A stretch of DNA of 64,000 nt from an uncultured Chloroflexia bacterium (GTDB lineage: Bacteria > Chloroflexota > Dehalococcoidia > UBA2979). Shown in pieces: positions 17,637 to 27,389 of the stretch. The first letter of the stretch is position 1. The number at the start of each line of letters is the position of its first letter. The stretch lies in assembly GCA_963728205.1 (NCBI GenBank), contig CAVSIV010000001.1, positions 224,001-288,000 on the forward strand. Direction: 5' to 3'. The notes beneath the pieces are model-generated. The model was given only the letters and a program-made list of their open reading frames with translations, ran no database searches and was not told the origin of the DNA. The position numbers and the translations under genes were made by a program.

Positions 17637-19505
17637 CTACCAGCTGCCGACGCTGCCCCCGCCCCCGCCGCCGCCGGAGAACCCGCCGCTGCCGAAGCCG
17701 CTCGACCCCGACCCGGACGGCGTGCTCGCGATCGTGCCCGCGCTCACCGTCGAGAACGAGCCGATCGCGTCGGCGAACGCCAGCGCCGTGAACGGGTGCG
17801 ACGACACGTACCAGTCCGTGCGCGGCGGCTCCGCCAACCCGGCGAACGCCTTCGCCCAGCGGTCCACGCAACCGAACACCACCGCGTACGCGAGGTAGTC
17901 CGAGAACAGGTGCGCCTGCTCGGCGAAGCGCGCCGGCTCCTTCTCCGCCTCCTCGATGAACCGCCGGAACCCGTACACCCGCCGCAGCGTCCCCGTCCCC
18001 TTCGCCGTACGCCGCGGCATGAAGCCGTGCAGCGCCACCAGCGCCAGCGCCGCGAGCACGAGCGGCACCGGCACCAGCGCGAACGTCGTCCATGCCGCCG
18101 CCGCCACCTCGATCGCGACGGCGAGCCCCAGCGCCACGAGCCCGCCCGCGAGCCACCAGCCGCGCGTCGTCTGCGGGCTGCGCCGGAACCAGCCCTTGTC
18201 GACGGCGTCGTCGTAGAGCGCGAGCTGCACGTTGTGCAGCCGCACCGAGAACGTGCGCTTGAGCGCCGACAGCTGCACCGCGTCGCCGTCCTCGAACAGT
18301 CCGTCGAGCAGGCGGCGCTCGTACTCCATCAGGTCGTCGCTCGGCTTCAGCCGCTCGAGCTTCCAATCCGCGGAGTTCCAGAAGTGATCCTTCTCGATCT
18401 CCGTGATGCGCAGGTAGCCGCGCGCCGCGAGGTCGACGATCGTCGCCGTGACGTCGAGCACGTTCGCGCGCTCGTCGACCAGCGTGCCGACCTCGCCCGG
18501 GCGGATGCCGTCGGGCGGCTCGTACTCCACGGGGTACGGCCCGCCGTCGCCGAAGAGACCGACGCGCTGCACGGCCTCCCCGGTCGTGCCGAACGCGACG
18601 TCGACGGCGGATCCGACGTAGCGGCGGTCGCGGCCGGCGGTCCACACGAGCCGCGCCAGGCCGGCGGCGAGCGCCCCGGCGAGGACCACCGCCAGGCCGA
18701 CCGTGAGGACGTTCACCGTGAAGGCGCGTCGCAGACTCCAACGCGTACGCAGGATCGGCGCCGGCGGCGGGACGACGCTGCCCGGCGGGAACGCCACGAC
18801 CACCGTGAACGCCTCGCCCGCGTCCAGCGCGCCCTGCTTGAAATGCGCCGCGTCGCCGGACGCACCCATCTCCGCGCACGCCAGCCGCGACCCGTACGCC
18901 CCGGCGAAGCAGTTCACCTGCGAGACGTCGCCGGGCGCGGTGACGTCGACGCTCGCGTGGTCGATTGGCACGGCCTGGTCCGCGCTGATGGCGTTCCAGT
19001 ACAGCTCGTCGTGCGACGGGAAGGCGTTGAGCGCGCCCTGCACGCGGTAGCGAATCGTGTAGGTGTGCTCGCCGCTGATGGTGTGGTCCGGGTCGCCGAT
19101 GCGGATGCGCTTCATCCCGCCGGCGACGCTCTCGACCTGGTACTGCGTCGGCGTGCCCGGCGAACCGGTCACGCTCAGCACGTCGAGCGGGTAGACGCGG
19201 TCGTGCTCGTTGTCGTAGTGCAGCCGCACGGGGATGTCCCGCGTGATGCCGTGCCGGTCGGCGCTGCCGAAGTCGTAGTCGATGGTCTCCTCGACCACGA
19301 TCGCGCCGTCCGGCTGGATGGTGATCGCGACGGCGTAGGAGCGGATGCTCTCGCCCGCGCCCTGCGCCCGCGCGCGACCGGCGGGGCCGAGCACGACGAG
19401 GGCCGCGAGCAGCGCCAGCGCCGCGGCGAGCGGCGCGACACGCGTCGCGACCGGCCGGTGGCGCGCCCGGCCCGCGACCGGCCGAGTGGTGGGGTGGGTG
19501 GCCAC
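17637..19505 (-). CDS. DUF2207 membrane protein
   Basis: Signal peptide, IVVEETIDYDF, ELYWNAI, ATIVDLAARGYL, YAVVFG, Gly/Ser-rich tail ending GSW. Confidence 0.9.
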   Translation of the reverse strand: MATHPTTRPVAGRARHRPVATRVAPLAAALALLAALVVLGPAGRARAQGAGESIRSYAVAITIQPDGAIVVEETIDYDFGSADRHGITRDIPVRLHYDNEHDRVYPLDVLSVTGSPGTPTQYQVESVAGGMKRIRIGDPDHTISGEHTYTIRYRVQGALNAFPSHDELYWNAISADQAVPIDHASVDVTAPGDVSQVNCFAGAYGSRLACAEMGASGDAAHFKQGALDAGEAFTVVVAFPPGSVVPPPAPILRTRWSLRRAFTVNVLTVGLAVVLAGALAAGLARLVWTAGRDRRYVGSAVDVAFGTTGEAVQRVGLFGDGGPYPVEYEPPDGIRPGEVGTLVDERANVLDVTATIVDLAARGYLRITEIEKDHFWNSADWKLERLKPSDDLMEYERRLLDGLFEDGDAVQLSALKRTFSVRLHNVQLALYDDAVDKGWFRRSPQTTRGWWLAGGLVALGLAVAIEVAAAAWTTFALVPVPLVLAALALVALHGFMPRRTAKGTGTLRRVYGFRRFIEEAEKEPARFAEQAHLFSDYLAYAVVFGCVDRWAKAFAGLAEPPRTDWYVSSHPFTALAFADAIGSFSTVSAGTIASTPSGSGSSGFGSGGFSGGGGGGGSVGSW

Positions 19506-19580
19506 GGCGGCCTCCTGCCTGCAATCGGTGCTCCCGGAAGATACCCTCCGCCCCGGTTGGGTACGATGCCTCCGCCGCCG

Positions 19581-19718
19581 CCGGCGACTCGAACGCGCGT
19601 CGCGTTCCGACTCACCGGGCGCAGCCCACCGGCGAGCGGAACGCGTCCCGCGTTCCGACTCACCCGCGCAGCCCGCCGGCGAGCGGAACGCGTCCCGCGT
19701 TCCGACTCACCGGGCGCA
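19581..19718. repeat. Three tandem 47-48-bp copies, each with an internal palindrome
   Basis: CCGGCGAGCGGAACGCGTCCCGCGTTCCGACTCACC... at 19581 (degenerate), 19629 and 19676. Confidence 0.92.
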
Positions 19719-19736
19719 CGCACTGGAGGTCGCCCC

Positions 19737-20306
19737 ATGCCCGCGCCCGCCGCCTGGACCGCCGCTCTCATCGCCGTGATCGTCGTGGGGTGGGTGATCT
19801 TCGCCTTCAACCGGCTCGTGCGACGCCGCATGCGCGTGGACGCCGGCTGGGCGCAGATCGACGTCGAGCTGAAGCGCCGGCACGACCTGGTGCCGAACCT
19901 CGTCGAGGCGGTGCGCGGGGCGGCCGGCTACGAGCGTGGCGTGCTCGAGCGCATCACCGCGGCGCGCGCACAGGCCGTCGCGGCGCCGGATCTGGCGGCG
20001 CGTGCCGGCGCGGAGCAGGAGCTCACCGGTGCGCTGCGCAGCGTCTTCGCCAACCGCGAGGCGTACCCGGCGCTCACCGCGAACGCGAACTTCCTCGCGC
20101 TGCAGCAGGAACTCGCGACGACCGAGGAGCGCATCGCCTACGCGCGCGGCTACTACAACGCCGCCGTCGCCGACTACGAGCGGAGCCTGCGGTCGTTCCC
20201 GTCGAGCGTGGTCGCGGCCGCGTTCGGCTTCGAGCCGCGGCCCTACTTCGAGGCCGACGTGCAGTCGCAGGCGCCGGTCTCCGTCGACCTCGCGTCCTCG
20301 GGCTAG
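19737..20306 (+). CDS. lemA: LemA family protein
   Basis: GGAGG RBS; N-terminal TM helix, WAQIDVELKRRHDLVPNLV, EAYPALTANANFLALQQEL, FPSSVVA. Confidence 0.93.
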   Translation: MPAPAAWTAALIAVIVVGWVIFAFNRLVRRRMRVDAGWAQIDVELKRRHDLVPNLVEAVRGAAGYERGVLERITAARAQAVAAPDLAARAGAEQELTGALRSVFANREAYPALTANANFLALQQELATTEERIAYARGYYNAAVADYERSLRSFPSSVVAAAFGFEPRPYFEADVQSQAPVSVDLASSG

Positions 20307-20396
20307 GCCCATCCTCGGTGCCGCCGGGAGGCGCGCTTGATCGCACTCGTACTATCGATTCCTGGTGGCCGGGCGGCACATGACGGGAGGCATCCG

Positions 20397-20770
20397 ATGG
20401 CCGATCGGATTCGCCACGTCGCTGCCGGCGACGTGAAGCCGGGCCCGCCGACCCCGGCATGGATCGCCGCGAGGCGTTCGCCGACGAGGGCGTGTGGTTC
20501 GGCGAGGTGCACACCGAGCCGGAGTCGCTGTCCGCGTGGCACCACCACGGTGAGCACGCCACGTACGGCCGGGTGATTGCGGGGAGCATCCACTTCGAGT
20601 TCGGGCGCGACGGCGGCGATTCCGTCGACATCGGTCCCGGCGGTTACTTCATGGTGCCGCCGCACACGGTGCACCGCGAGGGCAACCCGGGAGGCGCGCC
20701 CGGGCTCGTCGTGCTCACCCGCGTCGGGTCGGGGCCGACCGCGTTCAACGTGGATGCGCCCGACGCCTGA
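20397..20770 (+). CDS. Cupin-domain protein with an apparent 1-nt deletion near 20455
   Basis: GGGAGG RBS plus MADRIRHV...GPPTP, then in another frame (G)MDRREAF...SAWHHHGEH...VPPHTVHRE. Adding one base in the CCCCGGC run restores a 125-codon ORF. Confidence 0.8.
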
Positions 20771-20877
20771 GAGACCGCCGGACTGCGGACGAGGCGGCGA
20801 CGAGAGCCCGGCCGGAGCGAGCGCGGTCCGCGGTCACGGTGCCGCGCTCGCCGAGAGCACCACGCGCAGCCGGCGGC

Positions 20878-21945
20878 TCAGTGTCGTCGTCGCCGGCGCC
20901 GCCGGTGCCGGTCCGACTCCAGGTACGCGAGGACGGCGCGCTCGACGGCGCGGCTCCCCGCGCCGCGGCGCTCCCGCGCGGTGAACCGGCTCGCGGCGTG
21001 GCCCTCGAGGACGCCGGGGTGGACGTACGATGCGCGCGAGACCGTCGGCGTGTCGCCCAGCACCTCCGCCGCCGCCTCGATTGCGCGCTGCGCGTGGCGC
21101 TTTGCCTCCGCCGCCGACCGCGGGGCCTCCTGCGCGAGCAGCGCGCCGCCCGCGGCGACCGTGGCGCGCCACGTGCGGAAGTCCTTCGCCGTGAAGGCGC
21201 CGTCCGCAACGCGCGCGAGGTAGCGGTTCACGTCCGTCGCGTGCGCCGGCCGCGGCACGCCGTCCGAGTCGCGGTACTGGAACAGGCGGTCGCCGGGCAG
21301 GCGGCGGCAGCGCCGCACGACATCCGCGACGCGCGCGTCCTCCACGCACGCCTCCTGCTGCTTGCCGCCCTTCCCGGGAAACCGCAGCGTCACCAGCGAG
21401 CCGCGCAGGCGGACGTGCTCGCGGCGCAGGGTCGCGAGGCCGAACGACGCGTTCTCACGCGCGTACTCGTCGTGGCCCACGCGCTGGCCGGTTGCCTCGA
21501 GCAAGCGGACGACGGCGGCCAGCACGCGCCGTCGCGGAAGTCCCGGGCGTGCCAGGTCGCGCGACACCCGCCGGCGGATGCGCGGGAGTGACTCCGCGAA
21601 CGCGACGACCCGCTCGTACTTCGCTGCGTCCTGTGCCTCGCGCCAGCGCGGGTGGTAGCGGTACTGCTTGCGGCCGCGCGCGTCGCGACCGGTCGCCTGC
21701 ACGTGGGCGTCGGCGTCGGGGCTGATCGAGACGTCGACCCAGGCCGGGGGCACGGCGAGCCCGCGAATGCGCGCGAGCACCCGGGGATTGCGGATGCCGC
21801 GCCCGCGCTCGTCCGTGTACCGGAAGCCACGACCGGCGCGCCGGCGACGGATGCCGGCATCCGTGTCGGCGACATAGACGAGGCCGGCAGCCGCAGCCGC
21901 AGCGCGCCGCCGCCGCCCGGGCGTCGGCATCGCCCTCGGCCGCAT
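20878..21945 (-). CDS. Bacterial DNA topoisomerase IB
   Basis: VPPAW, TGRDARGRKQYRYH, RVGHDEY, FPGKGGK, TAKDFRTW, LGDTPTVSRASYVHP (catalytic Tyr); start uncertain. Confidence 0.92.
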   Translation of the reverse strand: MRPRAMPTPGRRRRAAAAAAGLVYVADTDAGIRRRRAGRGFRYTDERGRGIRNPRVLARIRGLAVPPAWVDVSISPDADAHVQATGRDARGRKQYRYHPRWREAQDAAKYERVVAFAESLPRIRRRVSRDLARPGLPRRRVLAAVVRLLEATGQRVGHDEYARENASFGLATLRREHVRLRGSLVTLRFPGKGGKQQEACVEDARVADVVRRCRRLPGDRLFQYRDSDGVPRPAHATDVNRYLARVADGAFTAKDFRTWRATVAAGGALLAQEAPRSAAEAKRHAQRAIEAAAEVLGDTPTVSRASYVHPGVLEGHAASRFTARERRGAGSRAVERAVLAYLESDRHRRRRRRRH

Positions 21946-22190
21946 GGCCGGACGAAGCTTGCGTGGGACTCATGGCGTTGAGGGTGCCGCCTGTGGCGCG
22001 ACGAAATCAGCACACGCCGCCTCCGATGCTCGCGGATGCGCAACGACTCGCGGATCTCCGGCCCCCACTGCGCACGGCCGTGCCTGGCAGGCGGAGGCGC
22101 GGAGAGGATGGGTGGTCGAGACGAGGTCGTTCCGAGCGGATCGCCGACGGCGCGCGACGTCCTCGATACGCTGTCGAGGCTTCGCGACGC

Positions 22191-22266
22191 GCCCGTGTAG
22201 CTCAGGGGATAGAGCAGCGGCCTTCTAATCCGCGGGTCGGAGGTTCGAATCCTCCCACGGGCTCCA
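22191..22266 (+). tRNA. tRNA-Arg (anticodon TCT)
   Basis: Acceptor stem GCCCGTG/CACGGGC, D-arm GCTC..GAGC, anticodon loop CT-TCT-AA, GGTTCGAATCC T-arm, encoded CCA; 76 nt. Confidence 0.96.
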
Positions 22267-22380
22267 TGCTTCGATCACCCGACGTCGATCACCCGAGCTG
22301 CTGGGTCACCTCCGGGGCGCGCATGCGCGACGAATGCGCGCCCCGTCGGCGCCAGTCCATGTCGAAACGCCGGCCGTCGG

Positions 22381-23128
22381 TCAGCCGGTAGCCGCACCGA
22401 AGACGTAGCCGACGCTGAACGTCACGGCCATCGCGAGCGCCCCGCCGACCACGAGCCTGAGAATCGCCATCCGCTTCGGCGCCCCGCCGAGATACGCACT
22501 CACCCATCCCGTGACCAGCAGGGCGATCAGCACGGCGACGAAGGTGACGGCGATCCGCACACCGGCCGGGGGGAGCAGGATCGCAGCGAGGGGGGCGGCG
22601 GCTCCGGCCGCAAAGGCGAGCGCGGACGAGCCCGCGGCAACCCAGGGGTTCGCGAGCTCCTCCTGGTCGATCCCCAGCTCGACGCTGAGGTGGGCCTTGA
22701 GCGCGTCGCGCTCGGTCAGCTGCCGGGCAGTGGAGGTGGCGCTTTCCCGGTCCAGTCCCCGCTGTTCGAGGAGTCCGACGAGCTCGGCGAGCTCGGCCTC
22801 GGGGCTGGTCGCAAGCTCCTCGCGTTCTCGTGCGATCAGCGCGCGTTCGGTGTCTCGTTGACTGCTCACCGAGACGTACTCGCCGAGTGCCATCGACACG
22901 GCGCCGGCCACGAGGCCCGCGACTCCTGCGGTCGCGAATCTCGATCCGCCCGGTCGTCGCGGCCGCCACGCCGATGACGAGGCCGGCGATGGAGATGATG
23001 CCGTCGTTGGCGCCCAGCACACCGGCTCGCAGCCAGTTCAGGCGGCCCGCGACCGACCCGCTGTGGGGCTCGAAACCGTGCACGGCTTCGCCGGCCGGGT
23101 GAGAACCGCCGACGTCGTTCCCCGACAC
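22381..23128 (-). CDS. VIT1/CCC1 family Fe/Mn transporter with an apparent frameshift at 22936-22940
   Basis: LNWLRAGVLGANDGII in one frame and AGAVSMALGEYVSVSSQRD in another; removing one base from GATTC gives 249 codons; AGGGAG RBS before the GTG. Confidence 0.88.
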
Positions 23129-23226
23129 TGGGTGCTCCCTGTCAAGGCGTGGGCGCGCTGGTTCGTCATCGTATCCCCGGGCGGACCCCGGACGCGGGCG
23201 CGAGCGCGCGGGACGGGGCCCGCTCC

Positions 23227-24888
23227 TCACTGACGGTGGCGCGCCGACAGGATCGCCCAGGCCCAGAACCCGCCGACGGCGAAGGGGCCGCCGAAGAACA
23301 CGATTGCGGCGAAGACCTCCCACGCCGGCGGCTTGTACACCTGCAAGACGAGCCCCATCGAGATCGCGATCGCCGCTCCGAGGATCGCCGCGGCGATCCG
23401 GTTGACCAGCGCCGACGCCCCTTCGAGCGCCATGTTGATCTCGTCGCGGCGCAGCCGGACCTCGAAGTCGCCGCTCTCGACCTGCCGCAGCACGCGGCGC
23501 AGCTGCCCGGGCAGCTCGTGCACCAGCGCGACCGTCTCGCCGATCGCGTCCGCCGCCCGCTCCGCGATCGCGGCGGGCGAGTAGTGGTGACCCATGACCT
23601 CGCGCGCGAAGTCCTCGGCCTCCTCCGCCGGGTTCACGTCCGGGTCGAGACGGCGCGCGAGCGTCTCGGCCATCGCGGCCGTCTTCGCAAGCAGCGCCAC
23701 GCCGGGCGGGAACGCGAGGTTGTGCCGTCGCGCGACCCCGGCGACGTCGCGCAACATCTGGCCGACGGAGAGGTGCTCGAGATCGAGCCCGTAGTAGGCG
23801 TCGAGCACGTGGCCCACGTCGCGCTGCACGGAAAGGCGCTCCTCTGGCGCCGGGCGCACGCCCAGCCGGGCGAGGCTGTCGATCACCTGGTCGACGTCGC
23901 CGTCCACGACGCCGCCGAACAGCGTGACCAGCGCCGTACGCATCTCGTCGTCGACGCGCCCCGACATGCCGAAGTCGAGCACCACGATCGTGCCGTCCGA
24001 CTCGACGAGGTAATTGCCCGGATGTGGGTCGGCGTGGAAGAAGCCGTGGACGAGCACCGACGCGAGCATCATCCGGATCAGGCGCCTGGCGAGTTCCGTG
24101 CGGTCGATGCCGGCTGCGTCGAGGGCGGCGACGTCGTCGATGTGGATGCCGTCGACCCGCTCCATCGTCAGTACGCGCGCAGTGGTGTGCTCCCAGTCGA
24201 TGCGCGGCGCGCGCAGCCGCGGCTCGTCGGCGAACTGGCGACTGAAGCGCTCGGCGTTGCGCCCCTCGCGGACGTAGTCGAGCTCCGCGCGGAGCGTCCA
24301 CTTCATCTCCTCGACGAGCGACGCGACGCCGTACTGCCGCGCGAGCGCCACGCGGTGCTCCGCGTGCTCGGCCAGGCGGCGCATCACGGCGAGGTCGACC
24401 TCCACCTGCTGCTCGACGCCCGGCTTCTGCACCTTCACGACGACCTCGCCGCCGCCGCGCAGGCGCGCCCCGTGCACCTGCCCGATCGACGCGCTGGCGA
24501 GCGGCTCGTCGTCGAAGCGCTCGAAGATGGCGTCGACGGGACACCCCAGCTCGCGTTCGACGACGGCGCGGATGTCCGCCGGGTCGGCTTGCGGCGCGGA
24601 CTCCTGGAGGCGCGCGAGCTCCTCGGCGTACGCGGGCGGGAGCAGGTCCTCGCGGGTGCTCAGCACCTGTCCGAGCTTGATGAACGCGACGCCCAGCTCC
24701 TCGCAGGCGAGGCGAACGTGCTCCGGCTCGGTGGCCGGGCGGCCGCCGCGTCCGCGCCCGAGGCGATCGGAGAAGGGGATGAAGCGGCGCAGGCCCGTGC
24801 GCGCGGCGCCCATGCCGAGGCCGTGCCGCGCGAGCACGGCGACGGCCTCGCCATACCTGCTGAACTCTCGAGATCCCGGGACCAGCAT
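23227..24888 (-). CDS. ABC1/AarF/UbiB family protein kinase-like protein
   Basis: FIKLGQVLSTR, ASASIGQVH, VVVKVQKP, FFHADPHPGN, LDFGM, C-terminal TM helices. Confidence 0.95.
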   Translation of the reverse strand: MLVPGSREFSRYGEAVAVLARHGLGMGAARTGLRRFIPFSDRLGRGRGGRPATEPEHVRLACEELGVAFIKLGQVLSTREDLLPPAYAEELARLQESAPQADPADIRAVVERELGCPVDAIFERFDDEPLASASIGQVHGARLRGGGEVVVKVQKPGVEQQVEVDLAVMRRLAEHAEHRVALARQYGVASLVEEMKWTLRAELDYVREGRNAERFSRQFADEPRLRAPRIDWEHTTARVLTMERVDGIHIDDVAALDAAGIDRTELARRLIRMMLASVLVHGFFHADPHPGNYLVESDGTIVVLDFGMSGRVDDEMRTALVTLFGGVVDGDVDQVIDSLARLGVRPAPEERLSVQRDVGHVLDAYYGLDLEHLSVGQMLRDVAGVARRHNLAFPPGVALLAKTAAMAETLARRLDPDVNPAEEAEDFAREVMGHHYSPAAIAERAADAIGETVALVHELPGQLRRVLRQVESGDFEVRLRRDEINMALEGASALVNRIAAAILGAAIAISMGLVLQVYKPPAWEVFAAIVFFGGPFAVGGFWAWAILSARHRQ

Positions 24889-25062
24889 CGCGCCCTCTTC
24901 AGGGTGACCCGCCCCAGGTCAACGCTATCACCGGGTCGCGAGGCCGCCTGGTGCGTATGGGCGAGATGCGGCCGCGGGTGCGGTATGGTGCCGCCGCCGC
25001 ATCGCGCCGGCGCGCGAACAGCGGAGGCGGTCGGAGTTGCGACAAGGTGGAGGAGGTGGCGG

Positions 25063-25815
25063 GTGGTCGACATCACCTGGCGCGGCGATGGCGCCGTCGA
25101 CGGAGGCGTGCACGAGCGCGAGTTCGCGCTCCCCGGGGCGCGCGACACGATCACCGGCGTCCTGTGGTCGCCGGAGGGCGGCGTCCCCGCCGGCTCGCCG
25201 CTCGTGTTGCTCGGCCATGGCGGCGGCGCGCACAAGCGCGCGCCGTCGGTGGTGCCGACCGCGCGCGGCTTCGTGCTGGAGCACGGCATCCCCGCCGTCG
25301 CGATCGACGCGCCCGGCCACGGCGAGCGCGGCGGCGTCGCCGGCCGGTCGCCCGAGTACTACGCGCTGTGGGCCGACGCGCAGGTGATGACCGACAACGC
25401 GAGCGCCGACTGGTCGCTCGTGCTGACGACGCTGCTCGAGACCGGCTGGTTCGACCCGGAGCGGGTCGGCTGGTCGGGCATGTCGATGGGGTCGCTGATC
25501 GGCGTGCCGTACGTCGCGATGGAGCCGCGCATCAAGGTGGCGGCGCTCGGGCTGTGCGGCGTCGCCGGCTCGACGCCGAGCCGCGGGAGCATCGGCGGGC
25601 TGCTGGTGAACCGCGCGCCGCTCGTGCGCTGCCCGGTGATCTTCATGCTGCAGTGGAACGACGAGCGCTTCACGCGCGACGGCTCGCTGGCGCTGTTCGA
25701 CCTGCTCGGCACCCGCGACAAGCGGCTGATGGCGTTCCTCGGTGCGCACGCGGAGATGCCGGACGAGGGCCGCCGTGCGGCGCGTCGCTTCGTCGCGGAG
25801 CGGCTGAAGGGCTGA
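25063..25815 (+). CDS. Alpha/beta hydrolase (dienelactone hydrolase-like)
   Basis: GGAGGAGG RBS; LLGHGG, IDAPGHGER, GMSMG, WNDE, GAH. Confidence 0.85.
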   Translation: MVDITWRGDGAVDGGVHEREFALPGARDTITGVLWSPEGGVPAGSPLVLLGHGGGAHKRAPSVVPTARGFVLEHGIPAVAIDAPGHGERGGVAGRSPEYYALWADAQVMTDNASADWSLVLTTLLETGWFDPERVGWSGMSMGSLIGVPYVAMEPRIKVAALGLCGVAGSTPSRGSIGGLLVNRAPLVRCPVIFMLQWNDERFTRDGSLALFDLLGTRDKRLMAFLGAHAEMPDEGRRAARRFVAERLKG

Positions 25816-26005
25816 CCCCGGCCGGCGCCGGGGTGCCGGGACCGGTTCGCGCCCGCGGTACGATCGCTCGGTGCCGCGCACATCGCGGCCACGTGCGCCC
25901 GCTCCGAGCGGTTCTGCCACACGCCCGGTCGCGAACCGGGGCGGTGAGCCGCCCACGGGCGCCCGGAACGACGCACGACGCCCCACCCGTCGAGAGGACC
26001 CTGCC

Positions 26006-26446
26006 GTGAGCGACGCCGCCGACTACGTGACCGCCAACGCCGAGTCGCTCGAGCGGCTCCGCGCGCTCGTCGAGCGCCTGACGGAGGAGGACCTCGCGCG
26101 CCCGCTCGAGGGCGGCTGGACCGTGTCCGCGACGCTCGCGCACATGGCCTTCTGGGACCGCAGGCAGCAGTACGCGCTCGCGCGCTGGCGCCGCGACGGG
26201 CAGGAGGCGGCGGACCAGGACTCCGACGCGATCAACGACGCGCTGCTTCCGCTGGCGCTGGCGCTGCCGCTGCGAGACTGCGCCCACCTCGCGCTGACCG
26301 CTGCCGCGGCCGCCGACGCGGAGGTCGCGCGCACGCCGGTTGCGTTCGCGAAGCAGGTCGAGGACGCGGGCTTCCCCTACCTGCTGCGCCGCTCGCAGCA
26401 CCGCCTGAATCACATCGACCAGATTGCGCGCGCGTTCGATCGCTGA
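26006..26446 (+). CDS. DinB/MDMPI N-terminal family protein
   Basis: GWTVSATLAHMAFWD and C-terminal HRLNHIDQI. Confidence 0.8.
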   Translation: MSDAADYVTANAESLERLRALVERLTEEDLARPLEGGWTVSATLAHMAFWDRRQQYALARWRRDGQEAADQDSDAINDALLPLALALPLRDCAHLALTAAAAADAEVARTPVAFAKQVEDAGFPYLLRRSQHRLNHIDQIARAFDR

Positions 26447-26497
26447 GCGCGCCCACCCCTCGAATGCGTCCTCCGCCCGGCGACTCCCGCCCGGACC

Positions 26498-26594
26498 CCA
26501 CAGCGGCGGAAGAGATGCCGCCGACAGATGCGCGGCGCAAGCCGCCCCGACGTGCGTCCGGGTTCTGTCGGCGGCATGTCTGGCGCCGCTGTGG
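26498..26594. repeat. REPIN-like paired-hairpin element, copy 1
   Basis: CAGCGGCGGAAGAGATGCCGCCGACAG ... CTGTCGGCGGCATGTCTGGCGCCGCTG; interior is the near-identical reverse complement of copy 3. Confidence 0.85.
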
Positions 26595-26644
26595 TTGCGG
26601 CCGCTCGGTAGCGTGAAGAGAAAGGCCCGACGAGGAGGTGCCGC

Positions 26645-27031
26645 ATGCCCGACGCACCGCGACGCGACGAGATGACCGTGACCGTCGACCGTCTCGTCGT
26701 GCACCTCACGGGCTACCGGAGGCTGCCGAGCGCGCGTTCCGGCATCGAGACGGTGGAGCTCGACATGGCCGTCGAGAACCCGCCCGGGTCACCCGGCTCC
26801 ACGCGGCGCCTGCCGCAGATGGAGCTGCGCGACGCCGCGGGCAGTGCGTACGACGTCATCCAGGACGACTCGCTCGCCGTCGCCGTGAAGCCGACCGAGC
26901 AGGCCGCGGGGCACCCCCGCTTCGAGGTCCCGGCCGACAGCACGGGGCTGTCCGTCGTGATCGCGCCGGGGACCGAGGGAGAAGCCGTCGTGCCGCTTGC
27001 TCCGCCCGCCGCACCGCCGCACAGCGGCTGA
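26645..27031 (+). CDS. Hypothetical Ig-like protein (DUF4352-like)
   Basis: GAGGAGG RBS; VELDMAVEN, MELRDAAGSAY, FEVP pattern. Confidence 0.55.
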   Translation: MPDAPRRDEMTVTVDRLVVHLTGYRRLPSARSGIETVELDMAVENPPGSPGSTRRLPQMELRDAAGSAYDVIQDDSLAVAVKPTEQAAGHPRFEVPADSTGLSVVIAPGTEGEAVVPLAPPAAPPHSG

Positions 27032-27066
27032 GCGCGGGCGGCGACGCGGCCGAGAGGAGCGGAGCG

Positions 27067-27363
27067 ATGACGGAAGCACGAGAGCTCGACGAGCAGCGTC
27101 TCGAGTACGAGCTGCGCGGGCTGAACGCCTGGAACGCGACCGAGCGCACGCTCGTTCGCGAGTTCGCGTTCGGCGATCGCCCGGAGGCGATGCGCTTCGT
27201 CAGGGCGGCCAGCGAGGTGGTCGGCGATCATGAGTCGTCGATCGACTTCTTCAGCCGCTTCGCGCAGGTGCGCGTGGCGATCTCCACGGAGGGCGCCGAG
27301 CGCGTGACGATGGGCGACATCGAGCTCGCGCACCGCATCGACGCGCTCGCCGGAAAGCGGTAG
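27067..27363 (+). CDS. Pterin-4a-carbinolamine dehydratase-like protein with degenerate active site
   Basis: W...LVREFAFGD..EAMRFV...VRVAIST...VTMGDIELAHRID fold signature; lacks the HHP and TH histidines. Confidence 0.75.
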   Translation: MTEARELDEQRLEYELRGLNAWNATERTLVREFAFGDRPEAMRFVRAASEVVGDHESSIDFFSRFAQVRVAISTEGAERVTMGDIELAHRIDALAGKR

Positions 27364-27389
27364 CGGCGCGTCGGCGCGCGCCGGGCGCG

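Noticed and set aside
19581-19718. CRISPR array
   Set aside because: Only three units, the intervening sequences are near-identical rather than unique spacers, and there are no cas genes in the window.
20397-20470. Programmed frameshift in the cupin gene
   Set aside because: The shift lies in a C/G run with no slippery heptamer; a sequencing indel is more parsimonious.
22191-24900. Genomic island integrated at tRNA-Arg
   Set aside because: No integrase and no duplicated tRNA 3' end found by eye within the window.
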